Positions 1 through 13,860 of a stretch of 64,000 nucleotides of DNA are shown in pieces. The notes under the pieces are model-generated. The model saw only the letters and a program-made list of their open reading frames with translations, searched no databases and was not told the origin of the DNA. Position numbers and translations under genes: made by a program. Position 1 is the stretch's first letter. Every line of letters begins with the position of its first letter. The stretch is from the NCBI GenBank assembly GCA_964234715.1, contig OZ174275.1; one strand, written 5' to 3'. The stretch comes from Podarcis melisellensis (taxonomy: Eukaryota).

Positions 1-359
1 CGAAGGGGTATTTTTGTTAGGCAAGCAGGAGTGCTTGTGCTGATGGAATGATCTCCTTAGCACTATGTGGAATGCAACTCATAGGGAATAAGTCTTATCA
101 AGGATGACTATTCATGATGTCCAGATGCAGCCTTCAGTTGCAGAGGCAGTATGTCACTGAGTACCAGCTGCCAGGTGTTGCCAAAGGCCTACTGGGAAAA
201 GCAGGATACTGAATTAGAGCTTTGATCTGATCCAGCAGGGCTCTTAAGTGCATATACCCGTGTGAATGAATGCTTGTAGTGATAAAGTACAGGTGGACCT
301 CCACTTGCTAAGCCATGTACCCGAGCAACTTCCACTGTGATCTGGGAGGTTATTAACAA

Positions 360-1381
360 TGTAATCTCTCACAAGAGCAAGATGTGCTTGTTGATGTGAC
401 TTGTGAAGGTTCAACAAAATCATTTTTCAAAGAATGTAGGCTGGGCCAATTCTGGGTGAAAGTTTTTGCTGATTATAAGAAGTTTGGTGAAAAAGCTTTG
501 AAACATCTAGTTCCCTTCTGTTCCACTTATCTTTGCAGATACATGCTTAGAAATTGGCTTGATATTGAATCAGATTTGAGAATGAAAGTAGTAAATATTG
601 AACCAGATGTGGAAGGGATCGTTTGGGACAAAAAGATGTCCATCACATTTAGGTTTAGTGTGTATTTAACATTTTGTTGGGAGCCGCACAGCGTGGCTGG
701 GGTAACCCAGCCAGATGGGTGGCATATAAAATGTAGGCATATAAATTAGGTTTAGTAGCTACTAGACATGTCATAATTTGTTCACTTGTACTATACTTTA
801 ATAAGGGATGTGGGTGGCGCTGTGGGTTAAACCACAGAGCCTAGGACTTGCCGATCAGAAGGTCGGCGGTTCGAATCCCCGCAACAGGGTGAGCTCCCAT
901 TGCTCGGTCCCAGCTCCTGCCAACCTAGCAGTTCGAAAGCACATCAAAGTGCAAGTAGATAAATAGGTACCGCTCTGGTGGGAAGGTAAACGGCGTTTCC
1001 ATGTGCTGCTCTGGTTCACCAGAAGTGGCTTAGTCATGCTGGCCACATGACCTGGAAGCTGTACTCCGGCTCCCTCGGCCAATAAAGCAAGATGAGCGCA
1101 CAACCCCAGAGTCGGTCACGACTGGACCTAACGGTCAGAGGTCCCTTTACCTTTACCTTACTATACTTTAATAAAATAAAATTAAATTTGTTTCCCCCAC
1201 CCAAAACTAAATCTTTGTCATTTCAGCGTGGTAAAAACTGTTATCCCACATTTTCTTCAAAAAAATTGCTTTGCCAAGGTAACTACCGTCGAGTTATCAA
1301 AATTTTCAAAAGTAGGGGGGTCTGTGGCTTGGCTTTTGAAAAATAGGGGGTCCTCAGTAATTGGCTAATTGGGAACCACCA
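360..1381 (+). mobile_element. Decayed hAT (Charlie/Buster-type) DNA transposon 3' end, interrupted by later insertions
   Basis: ORF 384-749 resembles the hAT C-terminal dimerisation region (FW...ALK.L.PF.STYLC...RN.LD.E.DLR) with the E-x-x-FS segment deleted. Ends in gggaaccac, like a Charlie TIR. Confidence 0.75.
805..1158 (+). mobile_element. Full-length Sauria SINE (lacertid type)
   Basis: tRNA-like head with A box (tggcgctgtgg) and B box (ggttcgaatccc), (ACCTTT)n tail; perfect 16-bp TSD tactatactttaataa at 789-804 and 1159-1174. Confidence 0.93.
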
Positions 1382-3683
1382 CCATAGACTTTTGCTCTAT
1401 GGCTTGCTGATCATTGGGAGTCCTTCATTTCCCATCAGTGTAGTCAAGCTGTTTTTAATTGTGGCTAGGTGTGACAGCCCTAAAGAGGCATGGACAGACC
1501 TTGGGCTTTAAATGTTATTTAATAATGTTATTTGTAGTTGTGAGAGCATTCTGCAATCCCGGCATTACCTTGATTTGTTCATTGGAACACAGAGTGCTCA
1601 GTTTTCTGGATGTACTAGAGTGGTAAAAAGTGCCTTGCTATAGATTACCGTATATTTGCAGATTGTTGAAGAGTGGTGTAGTAATTGGCATGTTGGTTTG
1701 GAGTCAAACTACTCATAATGTAAGTGGTTTCCCAAGGTTTTCCCATCCCACCAAAGCAGCTGCAATAAACTTTTATCTGGCTTAATAGGGGGAGGGGGAC
1801 TATGAGAAGTTGAAAGGGGAAATGCTTATCTGTTTTCCTGAAGGCCATTTTTAAAAATAGATCTCTCCTCCTCACCCCACAAAGGGGGAAATGTATGCAT
1901 GCCTGCCTTTTCTTCCTTAAAGCAAATAGCAATTGGGTGAGGTAATTTTGATGAGGCAAATGCCCCACAGGGAAGATGATAAGTGTCCCCTCCCCCTGAC
2001 ATAAACCACAGCTATTTTGGTTGTAAACAAATCCACTTTGGCCATATTGAGACTCAAAGCATCACAAGAAGTTTAATCCTAAGCATTGAGGCTGAAATCC
2101 ACATGGGTTTTAAGGGAACCCTTAAACTGTAGTCTAGTCACTTTGTCATATAACTTTTGAAGAAAGCAGTCTTGAGTATCTCCTATAACCAGAAGATAGA
2201 AAAGTGAATGATGTGGTTACACTTCTCTTGAAAGGAAATACAGTAAAATGGTATACACGAGGAGGATTAAATCTCCAGAGTGAAGAAGAGCCTTTTACTG
2301 TGTTTCCTCCCTTAAATACATTTCCAGTAACCTGAATTATTCTTTCCTTTTTAAGGCTTTTCCTAAGCTGAGATATCAGGCAGTGATATGGATTTTCTGA
2401 AATATATTGAGTTGGAAAATTTTCCGAAAATGTTTAGATCACTCTGGAAAATGATCTCATTTAGCAAGTTATTTTGCTTGTATTTGGTAAACAAAGCTTA
2501 AAACTTTTGAAACTGCCAGACTTATCTAGTATTACATTTACTACTGGTATCCATTCATTGCTAATGAGTTTAAGAAATGGAAATGTTTATGTGGAAGAAC
2601 AGAGCACTGGAACATTTTTCCACCTCACATCACTGAGATTGGTCGCCATAAGGTAACTCCTCTGTGCTGTATTTTGAAGTAACCTTTACGGTTATTTGGA
2701 AGTCTGTTCTCACCGACTTTAATTTGAGTTGCTGATTGGCTCTAAGTGAATGATAAGGTATCAGAGGAGAATGACAAGATGTCTACTGTAGGTATTCTTA
2801 GGGATAAAGCGACTAGAGTGATACATCACTCAGCAGCAGTTCCTAAGGAGCCTTCAGCTGTCAGTGCTGGCTGACTTTCAGACAATAGTCTGCTTTATTG
2901 AGATAGCTACCTGCCTGATATTTACTGTCACTTCTCCGAGTTCAATTTAGCAACACTTACTAATTTCACTGGGTTTTTCTTGGTGCTTGATTGCCTTTAC
3001 TCTTCTCCCCTCTGCTACACCTGTGAAGTTGATTAAACTTTGTTAATCCTAGTAGTTTACTTTTAAAGCTCCATCTGCCCTTATAGAATTCAGGTGGCAA
3101 ATATGCAAGTTGTATGCAATCTCTAGACTATGCATACTTCTGTACTTCTGTTTTCCACATAGTCAAAACTGGACAGTACCAGGGCCTAGAGTAGTCGAGG
3201 TCAAAGGAATCCATGGCTTGCCACATTTGGTCCAGAATTCTTTTGATTGGCGCCCAGTACTCTAGGATTGGGCATATTAACTATATCTGCCTCCTCATCT
3301 AGCTATAGTACAGTTGGCGAATTTCTATGCCTTTGAAGGAACAGGAATGGCCTGGGCATTTGCATCCACCACATGTGAACAACTTCTGTCTTCACTCAAG
3401 GTCCAGTTCTGCTGAAGAACTGGCAGGATGAGTCTTTTCTGTCGGCCTCATTCCTCACATCCTAAAGGAAATGACATGGGGAGGTGTTCTTGGGTGTTCT
3501 TCTTGCTTCAGAGTATTATGCACCTTGCTTTAAAAACAACAGCCTGCCACCACCCAAAATCTAGTCTTCAGGATAGGTGGGAAAGATTGCAAACCTAGTA
3601 AGAATGTATTTTAAAGCTGTTTTAAGATTTGGAGGATCTTTCTGTAGTGCTTCAGATATTTCTCTTTTCCTGTCTTGGAAAGG

Positions 3684-3687
<4 letters not shown>

Positions 3688-3739
<52 letters not shown>
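3688..3739. repeat. (AG)n microsatellite
   Basis: About 26 perfect units. Confidence 0.97.
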
Positions 3740-3742
<3 letters not shown>

Positions 3743-4543
3743 ACCTTCAATGGCCTTCTAAGTGTGGCACACATAACTTGCAGTCTGAGTTTCTGGAGGC
3801 AATGCATATGTTTTCTCTACACATACTTACATTTGACAGTTTGGGTATTGTAAAGAAGGGTACCACTGATACTTTGATCTATCTTTGCCACTCAAGTTTT
3901 TAAAGTTGACAGCAAGGAGAAATAACAGTCCAAAGTGTTTTCCATTTTTGAATCTTTGGCAATAAATTGGACACCATGTAGAATTTCATAATAACATGAA
4001 GTTATTGCAAAACATTACAATGAAGTGCTGAGCTTGTCAGATCCCTAGTCTGATCCAACCTGCCGTTGTATTGTACTCTATAGGAGTGAGCTTAGCAAGA
4101 GAAAGGGATGGATTCTGCATGCTGGCAGGGATATGGAAAGAGCCCTGGGGGAAAGGGTTATTCCCTTCACCCACCACTGCTTGTTCCTGAAGTAGCACAA
4201 AAATCTTGGGAGATTTCACAATATAGAAACAGGAGCCAAACTGCTCTTTTAATTATTCTTTGGCTCTTCTTTGTGACTAAGTAGTGGTCTTTAGAAGAAC
4301 CTCGTCAGACATACATTTTACCCATAATCACAGAGCAGGTTATGTGCTTTGCCAGTCTGCTGCTGAGTGCTGCTGCCTTTTGTATGTCATGACCTCCCCT
4401 CAACCCTTCATGCTCCTGTCATGTCTCCCCCCCCCCACTGCTTGTGCCCCATTGTGTGACCTCAAACTGCTAGCCTTTTGGCTTTCCTAGTTCCTTCTCA
4501 TTCCTGCTAACCTGCTGTTCCTTTGCAAACTGGTGTCTTGCAG

Positions 4544-4639
4544 TCCTCCTCTTTGCTAGCTGCTCGACAGAGCATCTCCGATGTCCCAACTGCAGCGGAT
4601 CTTGTCAGTGCAATAGAAAAACTGGTCAAAAGCAAGCTG
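4544..4639 (+). CDS. KALRN: KALRN exon (SSSLLAARQSISDVPTAADLVSAIEKLVKSKL), 96 nt, phase 0-0
   Basis: ttgcag acceptor, gtaagt donor; similar to kalirin linker upstream of GEF2. Confidence 0.93.
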
Positions 4640-6594
4640 GTAAGTGTGAAGACCTAGGATCCCATGAAGAGAAACGTCCTAGTTGAGCAACACCGTAATT
4701 CGGCTGCTGGTCATATTGCTGACTATCCTCACCACTGAGTAGCTAATTGCAGTTCCATGTTGGTTCTTTCATCAACTAGTTGCTAGAGTTAAAGTGCAGT
4801 AAAACCATTTTTATTTTTTGCAAATGACTTGATTCGTTGACATATTCCTGATAACATCAGTGGGCTATAGTATAGTCCCTAACATCTATTACTTACCTGG
4901 TAAATTTCTAGGGGTGTGATTGCAGAACAAGTATTTTTCCTTTTAAAATGTTTTATTTCTTTTACAATATTCAGTCAAGTGCTATGCTGTGTCGAATCTG
5001 TCATTTTTGTGCTTGTTTTTTTAAAACACTAGGCATATTAGAAGGTTGTTGTTTCATGTATTCCCCCCCCCCCAAAAAAAATGAGCCACTTTTGGAAAAC
5101 TTGGTTCAAGGACTGTTCAGTATATGGTTCATGAAGCAATATTGTCAATTTAATGTCCCACCTTAGTTGTAGACACTCCAGGTGGCTTACAGTAATGAAT
5201 ACAGTAACAAATAATCCTAGGCAGCTTAATTCAGTTGGGCAAACTAAAGCTGCTATCTTATCTACCTTTGCGTGGGAGCATGTGCTGTACAACTCAGTGG
5301 GACATGTCAAAGGAACATGCATAAAATTGAGTTGTATTACTTAAATAAAGAAACAACTTCTTGGGTCAGACTTGCTTGTTGCAATATTACATCACCTTTA
5401 TCATAGCTAAGCTCCATTTTCATTTTCAGATGGAGGTTGATGTTTCTTTTTAAAATCTATTTATACTAGTAAGGTCAGCCATCTCTTAGTCCTGGTTACA
5501 ACTTGACTATGTTAAGCCATGGTTTAATTGGCTTGAGACAGCACTTATGCCTTTGTGAACTCTTCTTCCTCTCTCCTTACCACCTACCCTTCCATTTGTG
5601 ATTTCAATGCTGATATTCTGACTTGGTAAATCACAGAATTACATGACAGCTGATCTAGAAAACCAGTTTAAGCACTGCTTACAAGTAAGAATCTAATACA
5701 GGAAATGGAAAGCTCATTTTGCAAATAGTTACATAAATTGCCATTCAGACAATACACTTTGTACTTTTTTAGAATCCAAGATGCTGCGCTTCTGTGTTTT
5801 GAAATAAAAAAAATAAGAATTCAATCTAGGTGGGATAATGGTATTTCTGTTAAATGAAACAAGTATTGTCTTGAGTTTTTTGTATACTGGAATAAATTAA
5901 ATATTTAAATGGCTCATTTTAGCCAGCTTCTTCTAGTGTGATGTTAGGTATTACAAATCAGCAGCCCTCTTCCACTGTTGGTACCCCTCAGTTTCTTCCC
6001 TTCCTATTTTCCCCATTAAAACAAAAGGGAGAGATTTGGTTTTCTGCGCAAATGTGGAATAAGAACAAAATAGCTGCACGACCCCACAATCACCAATTTG
6101 CATCTGAGGGGAATCTACCTTTTACTGCGAATTAGGTATCATTTGGTTTGGGTCTAACCAAATCCATGATACCTGACTAGCCTAAAAGTGTGCCACAGAG
6201 CAGATCTGCAGATGGGATGTACAAAACACTTAGGGGAAAAGTGGGGACCAGCTTCAGGAAGCACCTAGCACAGATATACTGTAACCTTTTAACAATTATC
6301 CTATTCAGGAGGTCTTCAGAATATTTAGGAAAACTTTGGAATGAATGAGATGTTCTTAGCTTGTAAACTGCTGTACTGAATCAAGTCAGTTCTATTCTTC
6401 TGTCTTCCCCCAATCAGCCTAAACAAAATAAATGTCACCGTGGGGTACATTTTGAGAAAATTTAAAGGTCCCATCCCCCCGCTTACTAATTATTACATAT
6501 ACAGATTCCCTGAGGAAGTAGCTATAGAAATAGCTATATAGTCAATCTGTTAAGATTTTCTGTTGAATCCTTTGGCTTTTTTCTTATTTTTAAG

Positions 6595-6728
6595 ACATTA
6601 GAAGGAGGCTCCTATCGGGGAAGCTTAAAGGATTCCACTGGATGCTTGAACGAAAATGTGACGCCTTCAACTCCTCCTTCAAGAAACCTTGAAGAAGAAC
6701 AAAAAGCCAAAGCTATGAGAGGCAGGAT
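6595..6728 (+). CDS. KALRN: KALRN exon (TLEGGSYRGSLKD...KAMRGRM)
   Basis: AG/GT boundaries, phase-continuous, kalirin homology. Confidence 0.95.
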
Positions 6729-7320
6729 GTAAGTAAACTTTGGTTATTTTTTTTCAAGTCAGTATTTAAAAATTGTGTTTCTAATGCAGAAGAATGCCCC
6801 TTATACATGACCTCAGAAACAGTGGATAAAGCCTATAGTGGTGAAGCTCTGGGCATTAGCCACTAGGCTCCTTCAACAACTGACTTTGCTCTGATTCAGA
6901 AGAACTTATGCTGAAACCACAGAACCAATTAAAGCTCTCCCAGGAACAGTTTTATAAACTATGGTGATGGCATTCTTAAAAATAATTCCTCTGTTCTTAA
7001 TATGTTATAGAGGTAACTCGCAGCTTGCACTTGTAAACTTACATGATTGCAGTTTTGTGAAATTGAGGGGGAAATAAATAAATGGAGAGGGTAGGAAATC
7101 CACCATTCCCCGCTCCCCGTTTATTTAGTCCCCCATCTGCCACTGCCACCACCACACACAACTGCAGTTGCAGGCTTGCCAAGCTTTGGGAAGAAGGCTC
7201 AAGGGTTCTGGCAGTGTCCTAGAGCCCTGGTGTGACCTTCCTAGAACCCAGCAAGCAGCCCTCCACTTTGAAGAGGCTCCTGGCTTTATGCATTTTGCGT
7301 TCACGCTTGAATCTCTAGAA

Positions 7321-7456
7321 CAGGCTTCCTCAAAATCTGCCCACCGGATGTTTTTGGCCTACAACTCTCATGATCCCTAGCTAGCAGGACCAGTGGTCAG
7401 GGATGATGGGAATTGTAGTCTCAAAACATCTGGAGGGCCGAGTTTGAGGAAGCCTG
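7321..7456. mobile_element. hAT-type MITE
   Basis: 14-bp perfect TIR caggcttcctcaaa; perfect 8-bp TSD ctctagaa (7313-7320, 7457-7464). Confidence 0.92.
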
Positions 7457-7824
7457 CTCTAGAACCAAGCCCTCTCATAAGATGCAAGTTAACTGTATAT
7501 GTCTTCACCCACTATTTCCAATAGAGCAACCAGTGACATTAATGTATGTAATGAGAGTTGAAAGAAGTTGGTTGCTTTGGTGGCTTTGAATCCTCTTGTA
7601 CCACCATATAATTTTATTTTTTTTACAATGCATGCCTTTGGTGTGGGAATTGCCTGTTTATAATCAACCTGAGCTGCCCTGATATTGCCCGACTCAGATG
7701 AGAGTCTACTTAGTGAAAAGTCTACTACTACTACTTAGTCTACTAGTGAAAATAGTTGCTGACCATGTATACGTGACGTATATTTAACCTGGCTGCTACA
7801 ATATGCTCCTCTTTTGAATTTTAG

Positions 7825-7891
7825 GTTTGTTTTAAATGAACTTGTACAGACAGAGAAGGACTATGTCAAAGACTTAGGAATTGTGGTGGAG
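7825..7891 (+). CDS. KALRN: KALRN exon, start of DH2 (FVLNELVQTEKDYVKDLGIVVE)
   Basis: DH CR1 motif ELxxTExxY; ttag/gtgagt. Confidence 0.97.
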
Positions 7892-8182
7892 GTGAGTAAA
7901 ATAATCTATATTGGGTATATATTCTTACTGTGGCTTCTCAAATTGAGTAATATTCTAACACTATAATCTTCATGAACCAAAACCAGATAATTTTATCTGT
8001 CATCTGAGGGCACAGAAGAAATGTTTTAATGCTGTCTTTTTGCACTTCTTTAAGGTTTAATTGCTTCCTTCCATGGATATAGAAGAAGTCTCATTTGAAT
8101 ATGATGTGTATCTCAAAAATATAACAAAATCTGGAATTTGAAATTTGCTTTTTTAAATTTATTTTTTATAATTTCCTTAAAG

Positions 8183-8286
8183 GGATTCATGAAAAGGATA
8201 GAAGAAAAAGGTGTTCCTGAAGACATGAAAGGGAAAGACAAGATAGTGTTCGGTAACATTCACCAGATCTATGACTGGCACAAAGA
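8183..8286 (+). CDS. KALRN: KALRN exon, DH2 (GFMKRIEE...[14 protein letters not shown])
   Basis: DH motif FGNI; aag/gtaagt. Confidence 0.97.
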
Positions 8287-9224
8287 GTAAGTCTGCAGTC
8301 AGCTTTTAACTGACTATTGCTAAAATGCATAGACTTCTTATATACATAGACATTTTACTTGGTCTGAACTACTATACTACATCCCCTCACCCTCTGGGAG
8401 AAGTTCATTGTGAGTTAATGTTCTATAGCTAGTAGCAGCAATCAACATTTCATTCAGTGCCACAATGTATGTGATTCTGAGCATTTGTTATACCCCAAGA
8501 GGTCTCTTGCAAGCTTCAAGCAAAAACTCTAGTGTCTAGTGCCATTGATGTTAGTTGACTGAATATTATGACTTACAGGACACAGCACTGTTCTGGCCTC
8601 TTACTCTAGTATTGCCTCTTTTACTCAGTAATCGCCGAAATTATTTTTCTATCCCTTCCATTATTTGTTAGTTGCACCCATGATGAGGCTCTGTAAAATC
8701 CTTCATTTAAAATCAAATGAATATATGTTATTGGAGAATCTCAGGGTTGCAAATTGGTTGCAAAGACAAACTTTTGATTTATTATATGTGCAAAAAGGAA
8801 ATAGTTCAAAAATGCAGGTGGTGGCAGGGATAAATTCCATGGAACAGAGATGTCTGATAATTGACTCCTGTTTTCACAACCTTTTCCTAAGAATTATGGG
8901 CAATTATCCCTATTTGTTTGCAACAGGAAGACTGGACTGGGGCTATCTTCATTAACAGATGAACAGCAAGGTTCTCAGTACAGTATTTGGAGGAGGATAT
9001 TGCATGCCAACGGATGGGCTTTTTATATTCACTAGTTCCTCATGCGCAATTAAATTCTCTTAAGCATTAGCAGGATGGTGCAGGCTAAGCTATTCAGAAG
9101 TAACCGATCTTATATGAGTGTAGTTTTATATGTGATACAAGACAAAATCAGATAAAGCCATATAATATGGTGGTGAAGAGTACTGAGGGAGACTTTGTGA
9201 ACAGCTGTGTATTTTTTATTGCAG

Positions 9225-9294
9225 TTTTTTTCTTGCTGAACTGGAAAAGTGCCTTCAAGAGCATGACCGTTTAGCACAGCTCTTCATCAAACAT
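9225..9294 (+). CDS. KALRN: KALRN exon, DH2 (FFLAELEKCLQEHDRLAQLFIKH)
   Basis: gcag/gtgagt, phase-continuous. Confidence 0.96.
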
Positions 9295-10440
9295 GTGAGT
9301 TACATGCTAGTCCTTTTAAAAAATGGAAATAGCTCCTAAATATGTCCCTGTTGTACTGATTGGATATTTTAATTATACACACACACACCCCAAATGAGGA
9401 TAGGAATAATACCTGGATTTCCCTCAAGCCATAAAATGGGATGTTTGAGTGGAGTATTTATTTTACTTTTCCAGAATGAAAGTAATTTTCCTTCAATATC
9501 CACAAAATTGTCTTAACTAAAGCCATAATTGTAATAATATTGTGTTTTACTTAATTGCTTCTGTTAAAACTTGGCTGGAAATGTACCCACCACCCCAAAT
9601 GCTGCTTCAAATACTGTTTAGCTGCTTACTTCCTGGCTACAACCTTTGTATATTTGTACAGGATGTGTGTCTTCAATAACAGAGCTAAACTAACACAGAT
9701 GTATACCTCAGCAATTTCTAATAATACATTGCTTATTCAACAGTCTACGTTTTTTACACTTCAACTAGGATTATAGAACAAGTGCCTACTTAGTAATAGC
9801 TTGATGAGTTTGGACCTGGATTAATATCCTATATCAATCACATACTTGCTGGCTGGCTTTGAGCATGTCCTCATCATTTGGCTTGAAGTAATAATAGTGT
9901 AAGGCCATTTGACGCAGGAGCCCATGAACTATCTCTTTGTATATTGAAGATTCTGGTTGACTGTACCACCTATTTGCTTTTGTACAGCCAGTGATCCAAG
10001 GAGCTCTGTTCCTGTCCTCTCAGCAGCAGCACTATGGCAGTGCCTAGCTGCTTCAGAAAGCTAACCGGAGAGATATGGAAGTTGCAGCAAAATGAAAGCA
10101 GCAGTGGCATGTGTGGCATGTTTCCTGACAAGCAATCATGCAGTCTTACCCTTCTTGAACAATTGCCTGAATCTGGTGTCCACATGGGGCGACCCACTCA
10201 CACATTATCTTTGGGAGGAAGGAGGGTGCTTGTGCTTCGGGTTTAGGAACTGGAGTTTAGTTTTATCTTGCTTTCCTCATTCTTTTTCCAAAAGTTGGTG
10301 TCTGTACACAGTCCTTTGATCAGGTGATAGTAGACAGTAACATTAGAACAAGGAAAATACTTTCTGTCACTGTCCATGCAGTGGTAAAAGCTTTAGTCTG
10401 GGCTTAGACTAAGAAAACTATGCAAATTTTGCTTTTACAG

Positions 10441-10527
10441 GAGAGGCGATTACACATGTATGTGGTGTACTGTCAAAACAAACCAAAATCTGAATATATA
10501 GTAGCGGAATGTGGTGCATATTTTGAG
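10441..10527 (+). CDS. KALRN: KALRN exon, DH2 ([29 protein letters not shown])
   Basis: YCQNKP motif; acag/gtaagg. Confidence 0.97.
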
Positions 10528-11772
10528 GTAAGGTTTGGCCTTCATTCCTTATTCATGTTGCAGCTTAAAATACACCTGACAGGATCTCTTCTCCCCTCTC
10601 ATATTTGCACACACATTCCTACAGCTGTGTCAGCAAGCTTATCCCATTTGGATTAGTGGCTTTCCCCCTTTCTGTCTTTGCTTTCCAAGTAAATTCTGTC
10701 TTATATTTAGCAGTGTGTTCTTTCTCTTGTGCCCCGCCTGATTCCCTGTACATTTGTTGCTGGTAGGACCAGGCAGTTTGTGGGGGGCTGTCTTACTTAC
10801 CTGTGGTATCAATTTTTTTGTTTGGTAAAGCATATTTATGCAAATAGTAAGGGGTACAGCAAGCTCTACACCTGCCACTTAGAGTCAAAGTTAGCTCTGA
10901 AAGAAAACAGGTGGAATAGATACAGATGAAAAGTTACGCCATAATTAAATTAGTTCATCCTTAAAGTGCAAAAATACTCTTTATTAGAAAGTTTTGTCTT
11001 TTACCTCATTGTTTTAACAGTTGGATGGATGATTGGCACATATTGTAGCAGGTGTGAGGAACTGAGGGTGGGTGGATGTGCTTGCATACACACATACAAA
11101 TATGGAGAATGATACCAGAAGTTAAAGGAAGAGAGCAACCCCTCCATACTTTATGGTTCCTAAACCTGTTTATGAAAGGATTCCATTTATGTCTGTCTCA
11201 AAGTCTAGAAACTGCCTCAAATATTAAATTTAAAAATTCTAACATTTCTGCTTAAAATCCTTTTTTTTTAAAAAAAAGCAACATTTCTGCCTTGTAAACT
11301 GTTAACAACTATTCGAGTTTCATTCCCTTTGGTTTAGGGGTTGTTTCATTCCATTTAATTGACAGATAGTGCCAGTATTCTTTCCAGAAAATTTTTGTAC
11401 CTGTTTCTGAAGACGTTTCATGCTTGATACATTCATTTTAGTCTCCTTTTCTACCCACCCACCCACTTAACAAGAAGAGTAAAAGAAAATTATATTCATC
11501 TGTACAATACTAATCTTAATTGTTATGGGCCTATTGTAGTAACATTTGGACTAGTCTAACTGTTCGGTTTGGAAAGATGGGCTAGTCAACATGTCATAGA
11601 TGACTATAATCTCAGGGAATTGACAGAAGGCACACGTTACAAAATTTTGCTAAAACTAAGTAACTCATAGTCTGGTCAGTGCTTGGATGGGAACCCCTTG
11701 AGTTTCCTTGGAAGAAAGACAAGATATAAATAAGTATTTTTTTGTTGATATTGCCTACTTTTTGTTTTCTAG

Positions 11773-11865
11773 GAGGTGCAACAAGAAATAAACCAGCGGC
11801 TAACTCTCAGTGACTTCTTAATAAAGCCCATTCAAAGAATAACCAAGTACCAGCTGCTACTCAAG
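11773..11865 (+). CDS. KALRN: KALRN exon, DH2 CR3 (LIKPIQRITKYQLLLK)
   Basis: Canonical Dbl-homology CR3 signature. Confidence 0.98.
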
Positions 11866-12497
11866 GTGAAATATACCAGTGAAATGTTGTGTCTAGGAAA
11901 AAGATTATCCAAATACCTGTATACTGATAATGGCAAAAAACAAACAAACACCCAACCCAGTTGCTATAGCAGGCTAAACCACAATGCTCCCTGGAGCATT
12001 GTATGTATGCTGGAGCTTTACTTGTTTGTTTTCCCCCATACCGCATCAAAGCTATTGCAGTACAGGGGGAATGCACGGTGAAGGCAGGGTTGAGTGGATG
12101 GGGTGTTTTCCAGGTGCCCTATAAAGACCATTTAAAGTTGAAAGGTACAGTTTACATGTTCAGCATTCAAAAAGCCTTCAGATTCAATCATGCATAACAA
12201 AATTACTGTAGATCACAATAAAATTTGTAAATGCATACATTTTGTTTCAGTCTTGTGTTCTATTTGTTCATCAGTTAGGACCTTTATGTCTATAAATGGG
12301 TGGCACATTTAAACCGCAGCATAGACTCACCTAAAGTTAGTGGTCTCATGTGTCTTTATTCCTTAACATCTCGGGAGGGTTTGGAACCTTGCCATGCAAA
12401 ATCATTTCCACAAGTAAGCAAGTATGCCTTCAAAGGGGAAGATATCAATATGTATTCTTGTTAATTATTTTTAAGAGGATGTTTTTCATTCCTGTAG

Positions 12498-12548
12498 GAT
12501 TTTCTAAAATACAGTGAAAAAGCTGGGCTGGAATGTTCAGAGACAGAG
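12498..12548 (+). CDS. KALRN: KALRN exon, DH2 (DFLKYSEKAGLECSETE)
   Basis: gtag/gtatgg, homology. Confidence 0.95.
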
Positions 12549-13860
12549 GTATGGACTTTTATCTGCTTTCTTATGTGTTCATGTTGGCTTGGGTGTTTGT
12601 ATATTAACAGAAAGTCAAGATACCAAAAAAGTATATAAGAGTGATTTTCATATGGTGAAACCAGTAAGAAGAAGAAAAAATGATTTTTTTATTGTTTACT
12701 CCCCACCCCACCCCCACTGCCTTTAAATACTTGCTTTTATGCTGTATTCATTTTCAGTAATGTTTAGTGTAAAATGTCAACTCAGGCTAAAATTAGTGAA
12801 TGAAAACCTAGCCTTATGAGCAGCAAATTGAATATCCTTACTTTAGACTTTCCTTGCCCTCTTCCTTTGGTCATCAAGGATAGTTGCAATTGACACAAGG
12901 TAGCATTTGATATGATGCATTAATTAAAAACACAGAGTTACAAATTTGGAAGACACAAGTTTGGATACCAGCCTAGAACTTGCAAAGGGTCTTTCAGTAG
13001 ACCAAGATGTTGCTTGATCTCACTTCCATCGGTGCCAGGCAGCATCACCCCCTCCAGGAGTTGTGATCCAACAGCTGGAGGGGACCCTGTTGCCTACCAA
13101 ACAGTATTTGTTCAGATAATTTTATTGAAGTCCCTTTCAAGCATTCTCCACATGCTCACCTTTGTGTTGAATGGAGCTTTACTGCCCCTTCCTGCCATCA
13201 GTTCATGGGGGGGGGGGAGTCTGAAGTGGGGAGCTTTCTCTTTATGCATAGGCTCACTCTGTCCCATACTGCTGTAGTTGCCGATAATTGGATCAGTGGG
13301 CACATTTTGAATTTTGAAAGAGTGCACCATGGGGGCATGGCATAACACAAAATTAGACAATACAGTCAGATGGAGCTTTTCCCTCATTCACAGGTCTGGA
13401 ACAGGAGTTCAGAATCCTTTTCCTATGTTCAAAATCAACCGTTCTGTAGCCCCACTTAAAGGCAGGCTGTGGAGCTATGGCTTCATCAGTGCTTGCATTT
13501 GGTAAAGTTAATGGGGCTTCCTGAGAGTTAATGGTCTCTAGATGCTTTGAGGCAAAGGCAACTTCATATGACTGGCTTGCAAGGTAGTAAGGGATTCAGT
13601 TCCTGCCCCACCTGTGGTTGGCTTCACTGAACCACTTTCACCCCACAGCCAAAACAAGGAAGGCTCTTCCTGCTCTGGTCACTTTGGGCATTCCCTGTGT
13701 ACAGTAGGCATCTACATGGGTGGAGATTGTGGTCAGTCCTTGGTGACAATAATTGTGCCTGCTAGAATTATTTTGTAGGTGGATTTTTGAGTCACACTGT
13801 AGGTGTGATGGGAAGCCATATTTGAAGTTCCACTGTCTACCGGCTTTAGTAATTTGTTAT

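Noticed and set aside
805-880. Pol III A/B boxes as a tRNA or ncRNA gene
   Set aside because: They are the head of the TSD-flanked Sauria SINE
3577-3903. ORF with poly-ER, and the poly-Leu ORF at 36139-36456
   Set aside because: Produced by (AG)n and (TTA)n microsatellites
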